64,000 bases of DNA from Promethearchaeota archaeon (GCA_029838195.1 JALGVJ010000016.1:1-64000); one strand, 5' to 3'; shown: positions 51,067-62,089, counted from the stretch's first letter. Numbers and translations: made by a program. Notes: generated by a model from the sequence alone, not told the origin.

Positions 51067-52326
51067 ATGTCGAATCCACAAACTTTTATTGAATTAGACT
51101 ATAAATATGGTGCAAATAATTATCATCCGCTTCCGGTCGTGCTTTCCAAGGCGAAAGGATGCTGGGTATGGGATGTTTCAGGTAAAAAATATTTAGATTT
51201 TCTTTCTGCTTATTCTTGTCAAAATTTAGGACATTGTCATCCCGAAATCATTGAAGCAATGATCAGCCAAGCACGGAGAGTAGCCGTGACTTCCAGAGCG
51301 TTCCATAATGATAAAATGGGGCCCTTCCTCAAAAAATTATGTGAAATCATGAAACCTCATGTCAATGATCCTGAAAATGTAGGAATAATGGCTTTACTCA
51401 TGAATACTGGAACGGAAGCAGTTGAAACGGGTCTTAAAATTGCTCGTGCTTGGAGTTATATCCAAAAGAAAATTCCAAAAAATAAGGCTCAAATCATTGC
51501 CTGCGAAAATAATTTTCACGGACGCTCAATAACTATTGTGAGCTTTAGCACGAACATGGAACATGGAAAATATTTTGATAATTTCGGACCATTTACGCCA
51601 GGATTTCACGTGATTAAATATGGAGATGCTAATTCATTAGAAGTTAAAATCAATGAGCTAGGCGAAGAAAACGTGGCGGCTTTCATCTTAGAACCCCTGC
51701 AAGGAGAAGGAGGAGTAATCGTTCCGCCGAAAGGATATTTAAAAAAAATAAGGGAAATTTGCACGGCGCATGATATCTTATTAATAGCAGATGAAATTCA
51801 AACAGGGTTGGGTAGAACAGGCGCTCTGCTTGCTTGTGATCATGAAAATGTTCAGCCAGATATTTTGATCTTAGGTAAAGCTTTAGGGGGAGGCGTCTAT
51901 CCGGTTTCAGCCGTAATGAGCAGTAAAAACATAATGGGTCCTGAAATTATTAAACCTGGCACCCATGGTAGTACTTTTGGAGGAAATGCTCTGGCTTCTG
52001 CAATCGCAATAAAAGCCTTGGATTTATTACTCGAAAATAACTTAGCTGAACGAGCTAACAAGTTGGGATCTTATTTCTTGGATAAATTAAAAGAACTGCT
52101 TGCTTCTAAAAATACGGTAGTGCCCATAAAAGAAATAAGAGGAAAGGGATTATTAATTGGTATAGAACTTGAAGCACAAGCTCGTCCAATCGTGGAAGAG
52201 CTCATGAAAAGGGGTTTATTAGTAAAAGAAACGCACGATACTATCATTCGATTTGCTCCTCCCTTAATTATCACGCGAGAAGAGATCGACCTAGCACTAA
52301 AAATCATTAAAGGAGTCTTATTATAA
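51067..52326 (+). CDS. rocD: Ornithine aminotransferase
   Basis: NYHPLP, SAYS, SRAF, MNTGTEAVE, EPLQGEGG, DEIQTGLGRTG, LGKAL.GG, HGSTFGGN. Confidence 0.93.
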   Translation: MSNPQTFIELDYKYGANNYHPLPVVLSKAKGCWVWDVSGKKYLDFLSAYSCQNLGHCHPEIIEAMISQARRVAVTSRAFHNDKMGPFLKKLCEIMKPHVNDPENVGIMALLMNTGTEAVETGLKIARAWSYIQKKIPKNKAQIIACENNFHGRSITIVSFSTNMEHGKYFDNFGPFTPGFHVIKYGDANSLEVKINELGEENVAAFILEPLQGEGGVIVPPKGYLKKIREICTAHDILLIADEIQTGLGRTGALLACDHENVQPDILILGKALGGGVYPVSAVMSSKNIMGPEIIKPGTHGSTFGGNALASAIAIKALDLLLENNLAERANKLGSYFLDKLKELLASKNTVVPIKEIRGKGLLIGIELEAQARPIVEELMKRGLLVKETHDTIIRFAPPLIITREEIDLALKIIKGVLL

Positions 52327-52347
52327 TAATAGTTATTTCTAAAATTT

Positions 52348-52863
52348 TTAACCTCCGGCTAATAATGGAAAGATCGCTACGACATCATTTTTTTTTAAAA
52401 TATAGTCGGGCGAAATATGGGGTATCCCATTTACCATGATTTTCACGTTCTCTTTATCTAAAGGAATATTATATTTCTTTAAAATAGTGTTTACCGTGCT
52501 TCCTTCTGGTACAAGCATGAATGCTTTTGGAGGCCCATATTTTTGTAAAGTAGCAAAGAATTTTACCGTGATGGGGATTGTGTTATTAGTAGCAATTTCG
52601 ATAAAATTAAGTCCCATTCTACGAGGAAAAATTCCGATTCTATCCCCATCCTTAATTTCTTTTCCGGGACCGCAATATTTTCCATTAACAAAAATATGAC
52701 TAATTTCATTTTCGGTTATTCCAAATTCCTTGAGTACATCGCTTACGGTCTTTTTCTCATTTTTATCAATGTTAAATTTTAAAGGAGGGGTTTTTCTCTC
52801 TTTTTTTTCTTTTGCTTTTTCCAATAGATCTCCGTATAAATAAACTTGAAGTGGCATGTTCAT
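52348..52863 (-). CDS. Tandem di-domain MoaD/ThiS (SAMP-like) ubiquitin-fold protein
   Basis: Two beta-grasp units (VNG..DGDRIGIFP; VNG..NDVVAIFPLLAGG), C-terminal GG. Confidence 0.88.
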   Translation of the reverse strand: MNMPLQVYLYGDLLEKAKEKKERKTPPLKFNIDKNEKKTVSDVLKEFGITENEISHIFVNGKYCGPGKEIKDGDRIGIFPRRMGLNFIEIATNNTIPITVKFFATLQKYGPPKAFMLVPEGSTVNTILKKYNIPLDKENVKIMVNGIPHISPDYILKKNDVVAIFPLLAGG

Positions 52864-53093
52864 GTATAAAACTGCAAATTTTTAATAAAAATTTACCGAT
52901 TATATTAAATAAACTTAAATTAATGATTATTTCCTAATTCCTAATATATAAAAATCACGGCAATATTATTAGCATTAGATTCATCATCATGAAAATTACC
53001 GCATCCCATTTTTTTAATTATAATCACGTTATACTGATGGCAAGTACCGTGATCGCATGATGATTAATAAAATAAAATAGAGGTGGTTTTATC

Positions 53094-53537
53094 ATGGAAG
53101 AAAAAGCTGAAATGTTAGTAAAAGAAACAAAAATATTAAATATCGCCCGCTTAGCAAAAATGTTAGTGGATCTATTTGGATTAGAAGAACCCTTTAGAAA
53201 AGTTGGCAAGAGAGAGGGACAAGAGATAGAAATGTTCATGCCCGCTTTAAATGGATATATTACCTTTATTTTGAGTTCAGATAAAGAAAATTTCGATTGT
53301 AAGGCTACTCCAGCAAATAATCCCGTTTCCAAAATTATTATTAACGTGAAAGAAGAAAAGATCTTAACGATCTTAAGTAACATCATCCGTTCAAAAAATA
53401 ACATGATTGGATTAATTAAATTGTTAAAATATCTTCTCCCAGGAAGGATAAAAGTGAAAGGGTCCTTTATCGCAGCCATTAAACTCGTTAGATGTTTGAT
53501 GATTGGTACAAATCCAATTTATAAAGAAAAATGGTGA
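53094..53537 (+). CDS. SCP2-like sterol/lipid-binding fold protein
   Basis: C-terminal GRIKVKGSFIAAIKL resembles the SCP2 signature. Confidence 0.6.
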   Translation: MEEKAEMLVKETKILNIARLAKMLVDLFGLEEPFRKVGKREGQEIEMFMPALNGYITFILSSDKENFDCKATPANNPVSKIIINVKEEKILTILSNIIRSKNNMIGLIKLLKYLLPGRIKVKGSFIAAIKLVRCLMIGTNPIYKEKW

Positions 53538-53550
53538 GGTAAGACATGTC

Positions 53551-54708
53551 ATGGATTTTGAAAATGATCCCTTTTTGAAGATTGCGGATGGAATTCAAGA
53601 GTTTAACCCCTACTTGAATGAAGGGCAAACAAATTATCATAAAAAAATTATTGGATATTATTGTACTTACATTCCGGAAGAAATTATTCATGCGGCAGGT
53701 CTACTCCCCTTCAGGATTCGTGCGACGGGTCATGATTCAACAGAATTAGGGGATATCTACATGGTTAGATTTACATGCTCTTTTGTTCGAGCCACCTTAG
53801 ATTTAGCATTACGAGGTAAATATGATTTTCTTGATGGACTTGCAATCTGTAATTCGTGCGATCACTCTAGAAGGATGTTCGAATTGTTTGATTTAAAAGT
53901 ATTTAACCGAAAAGATTTTAAGAAAAAAGTGCCCAGGTTCTATATATCCATGCCTCACGTGATTACTGATGAAGGTTTTGAATGGCTTAAATCAGAAATC
54001 GAAGAATTCAAAAATTCCTTAGAATCCACGCATGAGATCAAGATAAGTAATGAAGATCTCATCAATTCAATAAAACTTTATAATGAAAATCGAAAAATAT
54101 TAAGGCAAATTCATGAACTCAGGATTTTAGATACTCCGAAATTAAACGGAACAAATGCATTACGCTTGTTCATGGCAAATAACTCCATTCCAAAAGAACG
54201 GGCAAATCAAGAACTATCAAGGATACTAAGAGAATTAAAAAATGAGGAAGGAATCTCCCATGTAAAAAAGAGAATCCTTCTTGTGGGAAGCGTAGTTGAC
54301 GATGTGAACTTCATCAAGTTAATCGAAGAGGCGGGGGCCACCGTGGTATCGGATTTCCTATGCTTCGGAACCAGAAATTTCATGGATGACATTAAATTAA
54401 ACAATAAAAACAACCCCTTGGAAGATATTTCAAGACGATTATATTACCGCCTTTCTTGCCCTCGCATGATGGACGATCACGAGCGAAGATTGAAGTTTAT
54501 TCAACAAGAAATAAAGAGAGCCAAAATTGATGGCGTAATATTACAAAGAATTAATAATTGCGATTTACACGGATGCGATAATATGTTATTTGAACACGAA
54601 CTCAAGAAACTGGAAATTCCTGTTATCAATATTGACCGAGAGTTCTTTCAAGCCGATACAACACGATTGCAAACCAGAATTGAAGCTTTCTTAGAAATGA
54701 TTACTTGA
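53551..54708 (+). CDS. 2-hydroxyacyl-CoA dehydratase/benzoyl-CoA reductase beta-type subunit
   Basis: YCTYIPEEIIHAAG, FTCS, NSCDH, CFGTR, NNCD, TRIEAFLE; ATG at 53551 behind GGTGAGGT. Confidence 0.9.
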   Translation: MDFENDPFLKIADGIQEFNPYLNEGQTNYHKKIIGYYCTYIPEEIIHAAGLLPFRIRATGHDSTELGDIYMVRFTCSFVRATLDLALRGKYDFLDGLAICNSCDHSRRMFELFDLKVFNRKDFKKKVPRFYISMPHVITDEGFEWLKSEIEEFKNSLESTHEIKISNEDLINSIKLYNENRKILRQIHELRILDTPKLNGTNALRLFMANNSIPKERANQELSRILRELKNEEGISHVKKRILLVGSVVDDVNFIKLIEEAGATVVSDFLCFGTRNFMDDIKLNNKNNPLEDISRRLYYRLSCPRMMDDHERRLKFIQQEIKRAKIDGVILQRINNCDLHGCDNMLFEHELKKLEIPVINIDREFFQADTTRLQTRIEAFLEMIT

Positions 54709-54771
54709 ATTTATGATTTTTTTAATATCCTAAAATGATAACATTCTCATAAAACAAAAAAGTACTTCATT

Positions 54772-56055
54772 ATGATTTTCAACCGAGAAAATAAAGCAAT
54801 ACCGTATAAAATGTTAATCAAAGCTTTATCTACTACTAAAGAATTGGTAGAACGAATCTTACCCGAACATGGAATGCCTTCCCTAAGAATTGGATTGAAA
54901 TATATTTTATCCTCCCTCAATAAAAATAAAGAAAAAATAAATAAAGGTAAACCCATCGTTGGTTATCACTTCGCATTTCCCGCAGAATTTCTCCGTTGTT
55001 TTGATTGCGTACCCATTTGTTTAGAAGGAGTAGGATATTTTTTATCCACGCTTTTGTTACACGGCGTGGAAAAATATTATGACCTTATTGCTGCATTCGG
55101 GCACCCATTTCACACTTGTACGGCTCAAAAGGGTGCCATGGGCATGACTCTGGATAATCTGTTTGAATTTGATGCAATCATCACGCCTAATAGCCCTTGT
55201 GATTCGACTTGTGCCTCCTATCCTTGGTTTAAATATTATAAGAAATTCCCCATCGTTATTGCTGATATGCCCTTTGAATATAATGAAAAAGGGTATCGCT
55301 ATTATGCTACTCAATTGAAATTGAGTCTTGAGAAACTCGGTCGCTTGATTGGACAAGAACCAGACCATGAAAAACTAAAAGAAGCTCTCCGCATCGAAAA
55401 CGAAGTCCTAAAAATTAAATTAGAATTATTCGAGTTGATAAAATCAATACCAAGTCCGATAGAAAACATGTTTAATGCGGTTTCTGCAGGAAGTTCTATT
55501 TTAATTCCGGGTACCCATGAAAACCTTAATTTTTACCGAGACATGCTACAACTCGCTAAAATGCGGTATAAAAAGAAAATTCATCACGGAATTGAAGAAA
55601 AAATACGTACGATTTGGCCCTACATGCTCACTTTTTTCGACATCTCGTTATGTGAGTGGTTAGATCGTAAATTAGGAATGAGCGTACTATTTGATATTTT
55701 TAATTATACATTTAGCGATCCAATTAATCTTTCCGGGAACTTGAATGAAATTTATTACGGAATGGCCAAAAAAGCAATGCAAATGCCGATGGTCAAACAA
55801 TCGGGAGAATTTTTTTATACTTTTTTAGAAGATTCGGTAAGACTCGCTAAAGAATTTAGTGCAGATTGCTTTATCTTCACCCAGAGCCTTGCTTGCAAGC
55901 AATTCGGAAGCGTCCCCCAATTATTAAGAGAAGTACTCAAGGAAGAGGTCGGTATTCCCATGCTAATCATAAATTTCGACGTGGGCGATGCCAGAGTAAC
56001 CTCCATTAAAAAAATTAAAGAAACTATTACCCAATTTGTCCATACTTTATTGTAA
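54772..56055 (+). CDS. 2-hydroxyacyl-CoA dehydratase alpha-type subunit, paralog 1
   Basis: PAEF, HTC, SPCDS, ACKQ, DVGD.R. Confidence 0.87.
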   Translation: MIFNRENKAIPYKMLIKALSTTKELVERILPEHGMPSLRIGLKYILSSLNKNKEKINKGKPIVGYHFAFPAEFLRCFDCVPICLEGVGYFLSTLLLHGVEKYYDLIAAFGHPFHTCTAQKGAMGMTLDNLFEFDAIITPNSPCDSTCASYPWFKYYKKFPIVIADMPFEYNEKGYRYYATQLKLSLEKLGRLIGQEPDHEKLKEALRIENEVLKIKLELFELIKSIPSPIENMFNAVSAGSSILIPGTHENLNFYRDMLQLAKMRYKKKIHHGIEEKIRTIWPYMLTFFDISLCEWLDRKLGMSVLFDIFNYTFSDPINLSGNLNEIYYGMAKKAMQMPMVKQSGEFFYTFLEDSVRLAKEFSADCFIFTQSLACKQFGSVPQLLREVLKEEVGIPMLIINFDVGDARVTSIKKIKETITQFVHTLL

Positions 56056-56095
56056 ATACATTTTTTACTTGAAAAGTAGTTAAAGAATAAATAAA

Positions 56096-57406
56096 ATGAA
56101 AAAGAATGACCCTACAATGAGTAAAGAAAAAGCATTAGAAAATAGGATTATTCCCTATAAAATGCTATTAGAAGGGGTTTCTACCACTCATGCCCTTGTA
56201 GAGGGCATCTTACCCGAACATGGAATTCCTTCTTTAAAAATAGGCTTAGAAAACCTTATTTCATTGTTAAAAGACTTGATTCAAAAGGCGAAAGAGGGAT
56301 TGCCGGTTATAGGGCATCATTTTTCCTTTCCAACAGAATATTTATATTGTTTTGATTGTGTTCCCGTCTGTATTGAGGCTACTTCCTATTTAATGGCCGC
56401 CTTATTACCTAATGGCTCCGAACCATATTATGACCTCATAACTTCTTACGGACATCCTTTTCATACGTGCACTTCACAGAAAGGCACCATGGGAATGACC
56501 ATGGATGGCTTGTTCAAGTTTGATGCAATCATTACGCCCACCGCTCCATGTGATAATACCTTTGCAAGTTATCCTTTTTTTAAGTTTCATGAAAATGTAC
56601 CTCTCATCCTTCCAGATTTGCCATATCTAAAGGCCGAGAAAAGCATTCCTTACTATGCCGAACAACTTCGCCTAGGATTGGAAAAATTAGGAAAAATAAT
56701 TGGTCAAGAACCTGATTATAATAAATTGAAAAAAGCAATTGAGATTCAAAATAAAGTTCATGAGTATCAAATGGAGCTTTTTGAATTAAAAAAAGTCATT
56801 CCTTGCCCCGTAGAAAACATGTTAAATCCCATGGCCGCCGCTGCGGCAATTTTCATGGCCGGCCGGCCGGAAATCTTGACTTTTTATGAGAAAATGCTCG
56901 AAGTTGCCAAATATCGATATAACAACAAAATTTATCACGGAAATGAGGAAAAAATCCGATCTATTTGGCCTTACATGATTATTTTTTTTGATTTAGCCTT
57001 ATGTGAATGGTTAAATCGTGAAATGGGCATGAGCATCCTTTTTGACATTTTTAATTATAACTTTAGCGATCCTATAAATATTAATTCAGATCTGGACAAA
57101 TTATTTCATGGCATGGCAAGACACGGTCTTGAGGCGCCCATGGTAAAACAATCGGCAGAGTTTTATTATCCTTTCATTGAAGATTGCGTCCATTTAGCAA
57201 GAGATTTTTCCGTAGATTGTTTTATTTTTACCTCGCACGTGGGATGTAAGCAATTTGGATCGGTGGCACAACTATTAAGAGAAGCCTTAAAAGAAGAGGT
57301 CGGTATTCCTTTATTACTGATTGATGTGGATGTGGGAGATCGAAGATTTGCTTCCGAGAAGGTTATCCGGGAAAAAATTAAACTATTCATCCAAACCTTG
57401 CTATAG
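56096..57406 (+). CDS. 2-hydroxyacyl-CoA dehydratase alpha-type subunit, paralog 2
   Basis: Colinear with the previous gene; HTC, APCDN, GCKQ, DVGDRR. Confidence 0.87.
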   Translation: MKKNDPTMSKEKALENRIIPYKMLLEGVSTTHALVEGILPEHGIPSLKIGLENLISLLKDLIQKAKEGLPVIGHHFSFPTEYLYCFDCVPVCIEATSYLMAALLPNGSEPYYDLITSYGHPFHTCTSQKGTMGMTMDGLFKFDAIITPTAPCDNTFASYPFFKFHENVPLILPDLPYLKAEKSIPYYAEQLRLGLEKLGKIIGQEPDYNKLKKAIEIQNKVHEYQMELFELKKVIPCPVENMLNPMAAAAAIFMAGRPEILTFYEKMLEVAKYRYNNKIYHGNEEKIRSIWPYMIIFFDLALCEWLNREMGMSILFDIFNYNFSDPININSDLDKLFHGMARHGLEAPMVKQSAEFYYPFIEDCVHLARDFSVDCFIFTSHVGCKQFGSVAQLLREALKEEVGIPLLLIDVDVGDRRFASEKVIREKIKLFIQTLL

Positions 57407-57860
57407 ATTGAACATGCGAACAATTTTAAATGGCTGATGTACCAAAAATTTCTTTATCTCACGCTCCTTTTTTTTAAAGTCCCCTTTTTAAAAAGCTTCT
57501 TGGTTACATTCAAAAAGCCAGAAAGCTTTTAGATGTGCTTTTATTCTATATTAAGGTTAGAAACGGGAAAAAAAAGGTGAATTTAAAAAATGAATAGATC
57601 ATTCCATGTCTCTAATCAAAAATTTGGCCAATCTATATGGTAATAAAAATGCAAAGGAGAATTCAATCAAACTAGACGTCAGCAAGAAATATGCGATGAT
57701 AAGAAATACAAGATTAACGAGAAGTAAAACGTGAAGGGATGAGGCAATTAAATTCCGAACAAGCATTAAAAAATGGGAGTTTTAACAAGCTCTTTCAAAC
57801 TATAATACTGAAAAATAAAATTGCATAAAATTGAATTGCAATTTTTGATTTAAATTCACG

Positions 57861-58754
57861 ATGATGACTCAAATTGTTGAGCATGAAAACGGGAATATTA
57901 TAGAATGGAAATGGGCTTCAGATAATGAATTAATCCCCGCCCCATTTTTTACGTCAGTGTATTTTATTGATGGTATCTTGATTGATGCGGGAGCTCCCGG
58001 GGGGGTAAATGATTTTCGTGAATTCATTCAATTAATTTTGAAAAGAGAAAATGGGACCATAAAAGCATGTGTAATAACGCATGCCCACGAAGATCATTGT
58101 GGAGGAGCTTGGTTATTACAAGAAGAATTTAAGATTCCCATCCTTGCTCACGAGCTTGCGATAGAAAAATTGGAAAAAGAATACACTTATCCGCAGTACC
58201 GTCAAATAACGTGGGGCAAAATGCGATTACCCGTAAAGAACGTGGAAATCCTCCCGGAGATTTTAACATCGAAATCCAAAAAATATACGTTTGAATTAAT
58301 CCCCATGCCAGGACATGCACCTGAACAAGTAGCATTAATTGAAAAAAAAGCACAATGGGTATTTGTAGCAGACGCTATTCAACCTAAATATAAAATGTTA
58401 TTTGGAGGAAATAGCGATATTCAAGAAGATATCTCCATGATCTATGATTCTATTGAACGGCTCTATAACTATACTGCTAATTTGAATAAGCTAAAAATCT
58501 TCATGAGCCGTTCAGGAGTTCAAGAGGGAAGGGAATTTTTAAAGGAAAAATTAGATGAAATCAAAGCATTGCACCTAAAAGTCCATCAAGCGTGGGAAAA
58601 AGAAGCTAAACACAATATAAATCAAGAAAAAATTTTGCGAAAGGTATTGAAAAATGTTTTTGGAAAAGAAACTATGGTTGAAAAATTATCCAATGGAGAT
58701 TTATCCACCATGAATCTCGTTAAATCTTTATTAAAATGGGAATTAATGGAGTAA
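57861..58754 (+). CDS. Metallo-beta-lactamase fold hydrolase
   Basis: LIDAG, THAHEDH.GG, PGHA, VAD. Confidence 0.88.
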   Translation: MMTQIVEHENGNIIEWKWASDNELIPAPFFTSVYFIDGILIDAGAPGGVNDFREFIQLILKRENGTIKACVITHAHEDHCGGAWLLQEEFKIPILAHELAIEKLEKEYTYPQYRQITWGKMRLPVKNVEILPEILTSKSKKYTFELIPMPGHAPEQVALIEKKAQWVFVADAIQPKYKMLFGGNSDIQEDISMIYDSIERLYNYTANLNKLKIFMSRSGVQEGREFLKEKLDEIKALHLKVHQAWEKEAKHNINQEKILRKVLKNVFGKETMVEKLSNGDLSTMNLVKSLLKWELME

Positions 58755-58875
58755 GTTTTTTCCTCCTTTTCGATTTCATTTTTTTAAAAAAAGCAACAAT
58801 CCGAAAGAGAGGTTTGAAATTAAAATATAAAGAATAAAAAATTATATCAAGAAATTCAAATCCTACTTCCTTTTT

Positions 58876-59001
58876 TCAGAGGGTTTGATCAATTTCTTCA
58901 CGAGTTTCCTGAATTAAAAATTGAATGATCAAGGTAGTTGGAAATCCCAAAATAAAACCTACAATGAATCCTTGCATCCCAGCAAGGAAAAAGTAAAATC
59001 C
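58876..59001 (-). pseudogene. C-terminal remnant of a membrane (MFS-like) protein
   Basis: GFYFFLAGMQGFIVGFILGFPTTLIIQFLIQETREEIDQTL*: a TM helix followed by ET(R), with no N-terminus. Confidence 0.35.
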
Positions 59002-59395
59002 TTGGTGAAACGGGCAAGATTTATCCCTCCTTCTTTTACATGATAAGATTCTTCTTTCTGCGAAGCTATCTTTCTTCTAATTTGAGATAGTATTTTAAGG
59101 TTCTTATCGTAAAGCGACTAGAAATAGAAGCCGGCCTACCCTCCATTTCTATTGCTATATTCTTCTCGATTTTTAAATATTTTTTCTATCTCTTTCATGT
59201 TAGATCATTGGAAAGTAATCTTAATAATATCAGTTGTCCTTATCAATTCATATTTTTTCAAATTTAGAGTCATTGGCAAGTATTAAAAGATTTAACCAAG
59301 TGCATGCTATAAAAGGGTCTCAATTATTAGCAAAACTATAAAAAATATAGAGTTTTTAACCATTCAATAAATAATACTTTATCTATTCAAATTGA

Positions 59396-59917
59396 ATGCC
59401 CATGAATGAAGAATTAAATTCACTTTCAAAAGAAGAATTGATTCAATATATTGAAGATCTTTCTAAAAACTGGTTAGCTATTGATGGAACGTGGTTCTTG
59501 GCTGCTGAGGAGAAATTTGGAATGGATATAGCAATTGAACTTGATACGAAATCGTGGGAACGATTCACGGTAATTGAAGCGGAAAGAATAATGAAACGGT
59601 TTCATGTTCCCAAAAATGGCGGAATTCCTGCCCTGATGAAAGCATTGAAATTTCGCGTGTATGCTAATATTAATAAACAAGAGATCATCGAGGTTTCAAA
59701 AAAGCAATGCATTTTTCGCATGATAGATTGCCGGGTGCAATCGACTCGTAAAAGAAAAGGATTACCTGACTTTCCATGTAAAAAAGTTGGATTGGTTGAG
59801 TATTCTCTTTTTGCAAAAACCATTGATCCTCGAATCGAGGTTAAATGCCTTGCGTGCCCTCCTGATGACCATCCCGAGAATTATTATTGTGCCTGGGAAT
59901 TTAGTATAAAAGAATAG
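59396..59917 (+). CDS. DUF6125-like (V4R-related) protein
   Basis: WLAIDGTWF..E..G.D.A, CRVQ..R..GL..FPC, C.ACPPD.HP..YCAW.F. Confidence 0.8.
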   Translation: MPMNEELNSLSKEELIQYIEDLSKNWLAIDGTWFLAAEEKFGMDIAIELDTKSWERFTVIEAERIMKRFHVPKNGGIPALMKALKFRVYANINKQEIIEVSKKQCIFRMIDCRVQSTRKRKGLPDFPCKKVGLVEYSLFAKTIDPRIEVKCLACPPDDHPENYYCAWEFSIKE

Positions 59918-60038
59918 TCCTCCTCCTCAGTTTTAAAATCTAATCATTTATATTAATTGGAAAATCTATTTATACAAAAGAATTATTTAATAATTATTCA
60001 ATTAATTTTAAACAATAAATTAAAAGAGAAATAATATC

Positions 60039-61064
60039 ATGTTTGATCCATCAAATTGTTCGTCATGTTCTAATATTGATTGTTTAATGCGCTGCCAATG
60101 GATTAATTTTGAGAATATTGATGAAGCAAGAACTGAAATGATGAAAATGATTAATGAAGAAGAATCAAGGGTACTGCAAGAATGCGTGACGTGCTTCGCC
60201 TGTGAAGAATATTGTCGAAAAGGCTCTCATCCTTTTGATTTGATTACCACCTTGCAAGAGAAATATGGATCCCTAAATATCAATCCAAAAATAGTTGATG
60301 CAACAGTAAATCGATATAAACCTCATGCGGAATTGCGCTTGAAAGAAATTGATCCCAACAAACCTGTTTTAAATAAGTGTGCATTTGGAAGAACAAACGC
60401 TGAAAACATGAAAGGTAAGCTTTTTGATGAGCTTCAAGCTGTTGGGGGGTTATCTTATTTCTGTAATTTAGTATATCATCATTATGCTAAGGATTCTGTC
60501 ATTAGAGAACGAGCCCCCATTATAGCGGAAAATATTAAAAAGCAAGGAATAAAGGAAATGATCTGCTTCCATGATGAATGCTATGGATTTTATAACTCAT
60601 ATTTTCCAAGAAATAATATTCCCTTGCCGGAAGGGTTTAAACCCATCCATTTGTTTGAATATATCCGCGATTTCTTGAAAGCGCATGCAACCGAGATAAC
60701 CAAACTTAACTTGAAAGTAGCATATCAGAGACCCTGTTCAAATAGGTTTTCTCCTCATGTTGATAAGATCGTGGATGAAATCTGTGAACTGATTGGAGTA
60801 GAAAGAGTGGCACGAAAATATGACAGGGAAAATGCTTTATGTTGTGCTGGAGTCCTTGCTACTCTTGGTAAAAGTAAATTAATGAGAACGACTCAAGATA
60901 AAAACATAAAAGACATGCTTGATCACGGTGCCGAGGCGGTTGCTTATAACTGTCCCATGTGTCTTGAATCTTTAGGCTCTAAAGTTAAGAGAAAGGGATT
61001 AAAAAATTATTTACTAAGTGATTTATGTCGACTTGCTTTAGGGGAGAGCGTTCCGGATAGATGA
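60039..61064 (+). CDS. Fe-S oxidoreductase with CCG domain (HdrD/GlpC-like)
   Basis: CVTCFACEEYC, CFHDEC, YQRPCS, ALCCAG, NCPMC. Confidence 0.85.
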   Translation: MFDPSNCSSCSNIDCLMRCQWINFENIDEARTEMMKMINEEESRVLQECVTCFACEEYCRKGSHPFDLITTLQEKYGSLNINPKIVDATVNRYKPHAELRLKEIDPNKPVLNKCAFGRTNAENMKGKLFDELQAVGGLSYFCNLVYHHYAKDSVIRERAPIIAENIKKQGIKEMICFHDECYGFYNSYFPRNNIPLPEGFKPIHLFEYIRDFLKAHATEITKLNLKVAYQRPCSNRFSPHVDKIVDEICELIGVERVARKYDRENALCCAGVLATLGKSKLMRTTQDKNIKDMLDHGAEAVAYNCPMCLESLGSKVKRKGLKNYLLSDLCRLALGESVPDR

Positions 61065-61196
61065 TTCTCTAAACCGGTATTTAATTAAATATTGATTTAT
61101 AGAAAACGTTAAATAGTATCTTTTCTTGAAAATACATGATAATCTTTTTTTAGATTAATTCTCATGAAATCTAAATGTTTAATAGAATAATTAAAG

Positions 61197-61610
61197 GTGA
61201 AATTAATGAATGAGGCAGACATAAGAAGTAAAATATCCGCAAAAGAAGATGAGATAACTAAAGTAGAAGAGGCTGCCAATAAAAAGGAAACAGAAGCGGA
61301 AAATCAAATTAAAGGAGAATATGACCCTAAAATCGACGAAACCTCGAAGAAACTTGCTGAGGAGCAAAAATTACTTGATGAGGCAATCCAAAATTTTAAT
61401 CAATGGAAAGCAAAGATGGAAGAAAAGAAAGCGGTAGTTAAAAATTTAGAAAAAGAGTTAAAAACGCTCAAATCCACGAAAGATAAGGCTCTGAAAACAA
61501 AATTAAAAGAAATTCAAAAGGAAAAAAGCACGAATATCAAGGCGATTCAAAAAGAAATAAAAGCACTTCAGAAAGAGCTGGCAGCTTTACAGAAAGCTTC
61601 TCAAACATGA
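61197..61610 (+). CDS. All-alpha coiled-coil hypothetical protein
   Basis: Continuous K/E/A-rich heptads; RBS-like AAGGTGA before ATG 61206. Confidence 0.75.
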   Translation: MKLMNEADIRSKISAKEDEITKVEEAANKKETEAENQIKGEYDPKIDETSKKLAEEQKLLDEAIQNFNQWKAKMEEKKAVVKNLEKELKTLKSTKDKALKTKLKEIQKEKSTNIKAIQKEIKALQKELAALQKASQT

Positions 61611-62089
61611 ATTGATTAATTTTTATTTATCCTCAATGATGTTATTAAATTCCAGTTTTATTTTTTTTATTTTTAATACAATTATCTCCTTACTTAAATA
61701 TTAAAGATTAAGGGGTAATTTTTTCCCTTTTTCTTTTATTTCATTTTTTTTATTTACGGGTTGTATAGAAATTTCTTCAAAAATCCAATTTATTAGTCTT
61801 AGTCTCGCATTATAAAGTTCTCTTTCTATTTCAAATAATTTCAAGATAATAAGCCTCACGATATCCTCATGTTACAATGATAATAGGAAATTCTTTTATT
61901 AATTAAAGTAATATATACATGTACATTTAAGAGGAATTAAAACAAGGAGGATGCTAATATTAATAATTTTTCGCTTGGTTAAATGCTATTTTTAACTTTA
62001 AATCTACCTTTAGAACTTAAAATGAGATTTACATTCAATATTCATCTTAAAGGTAGCTCCTTCATGCGAAAAATGAATCCTTAAAATTC

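Noticed and set aside
57420-57810. Possible small ORF or gene remnant
   Set aside because: Only frames shorter than about 45 codons, with no recognisable family
58870-59150. Possible RNase P RNA (GGTGAAACGGGCAA; AATAGAAGCCGGCCTA)
   Set aside because: There is no 5' GAGGAA-type P4 strand to pair with it, and the minus strand reads as a membrane-protein remnant
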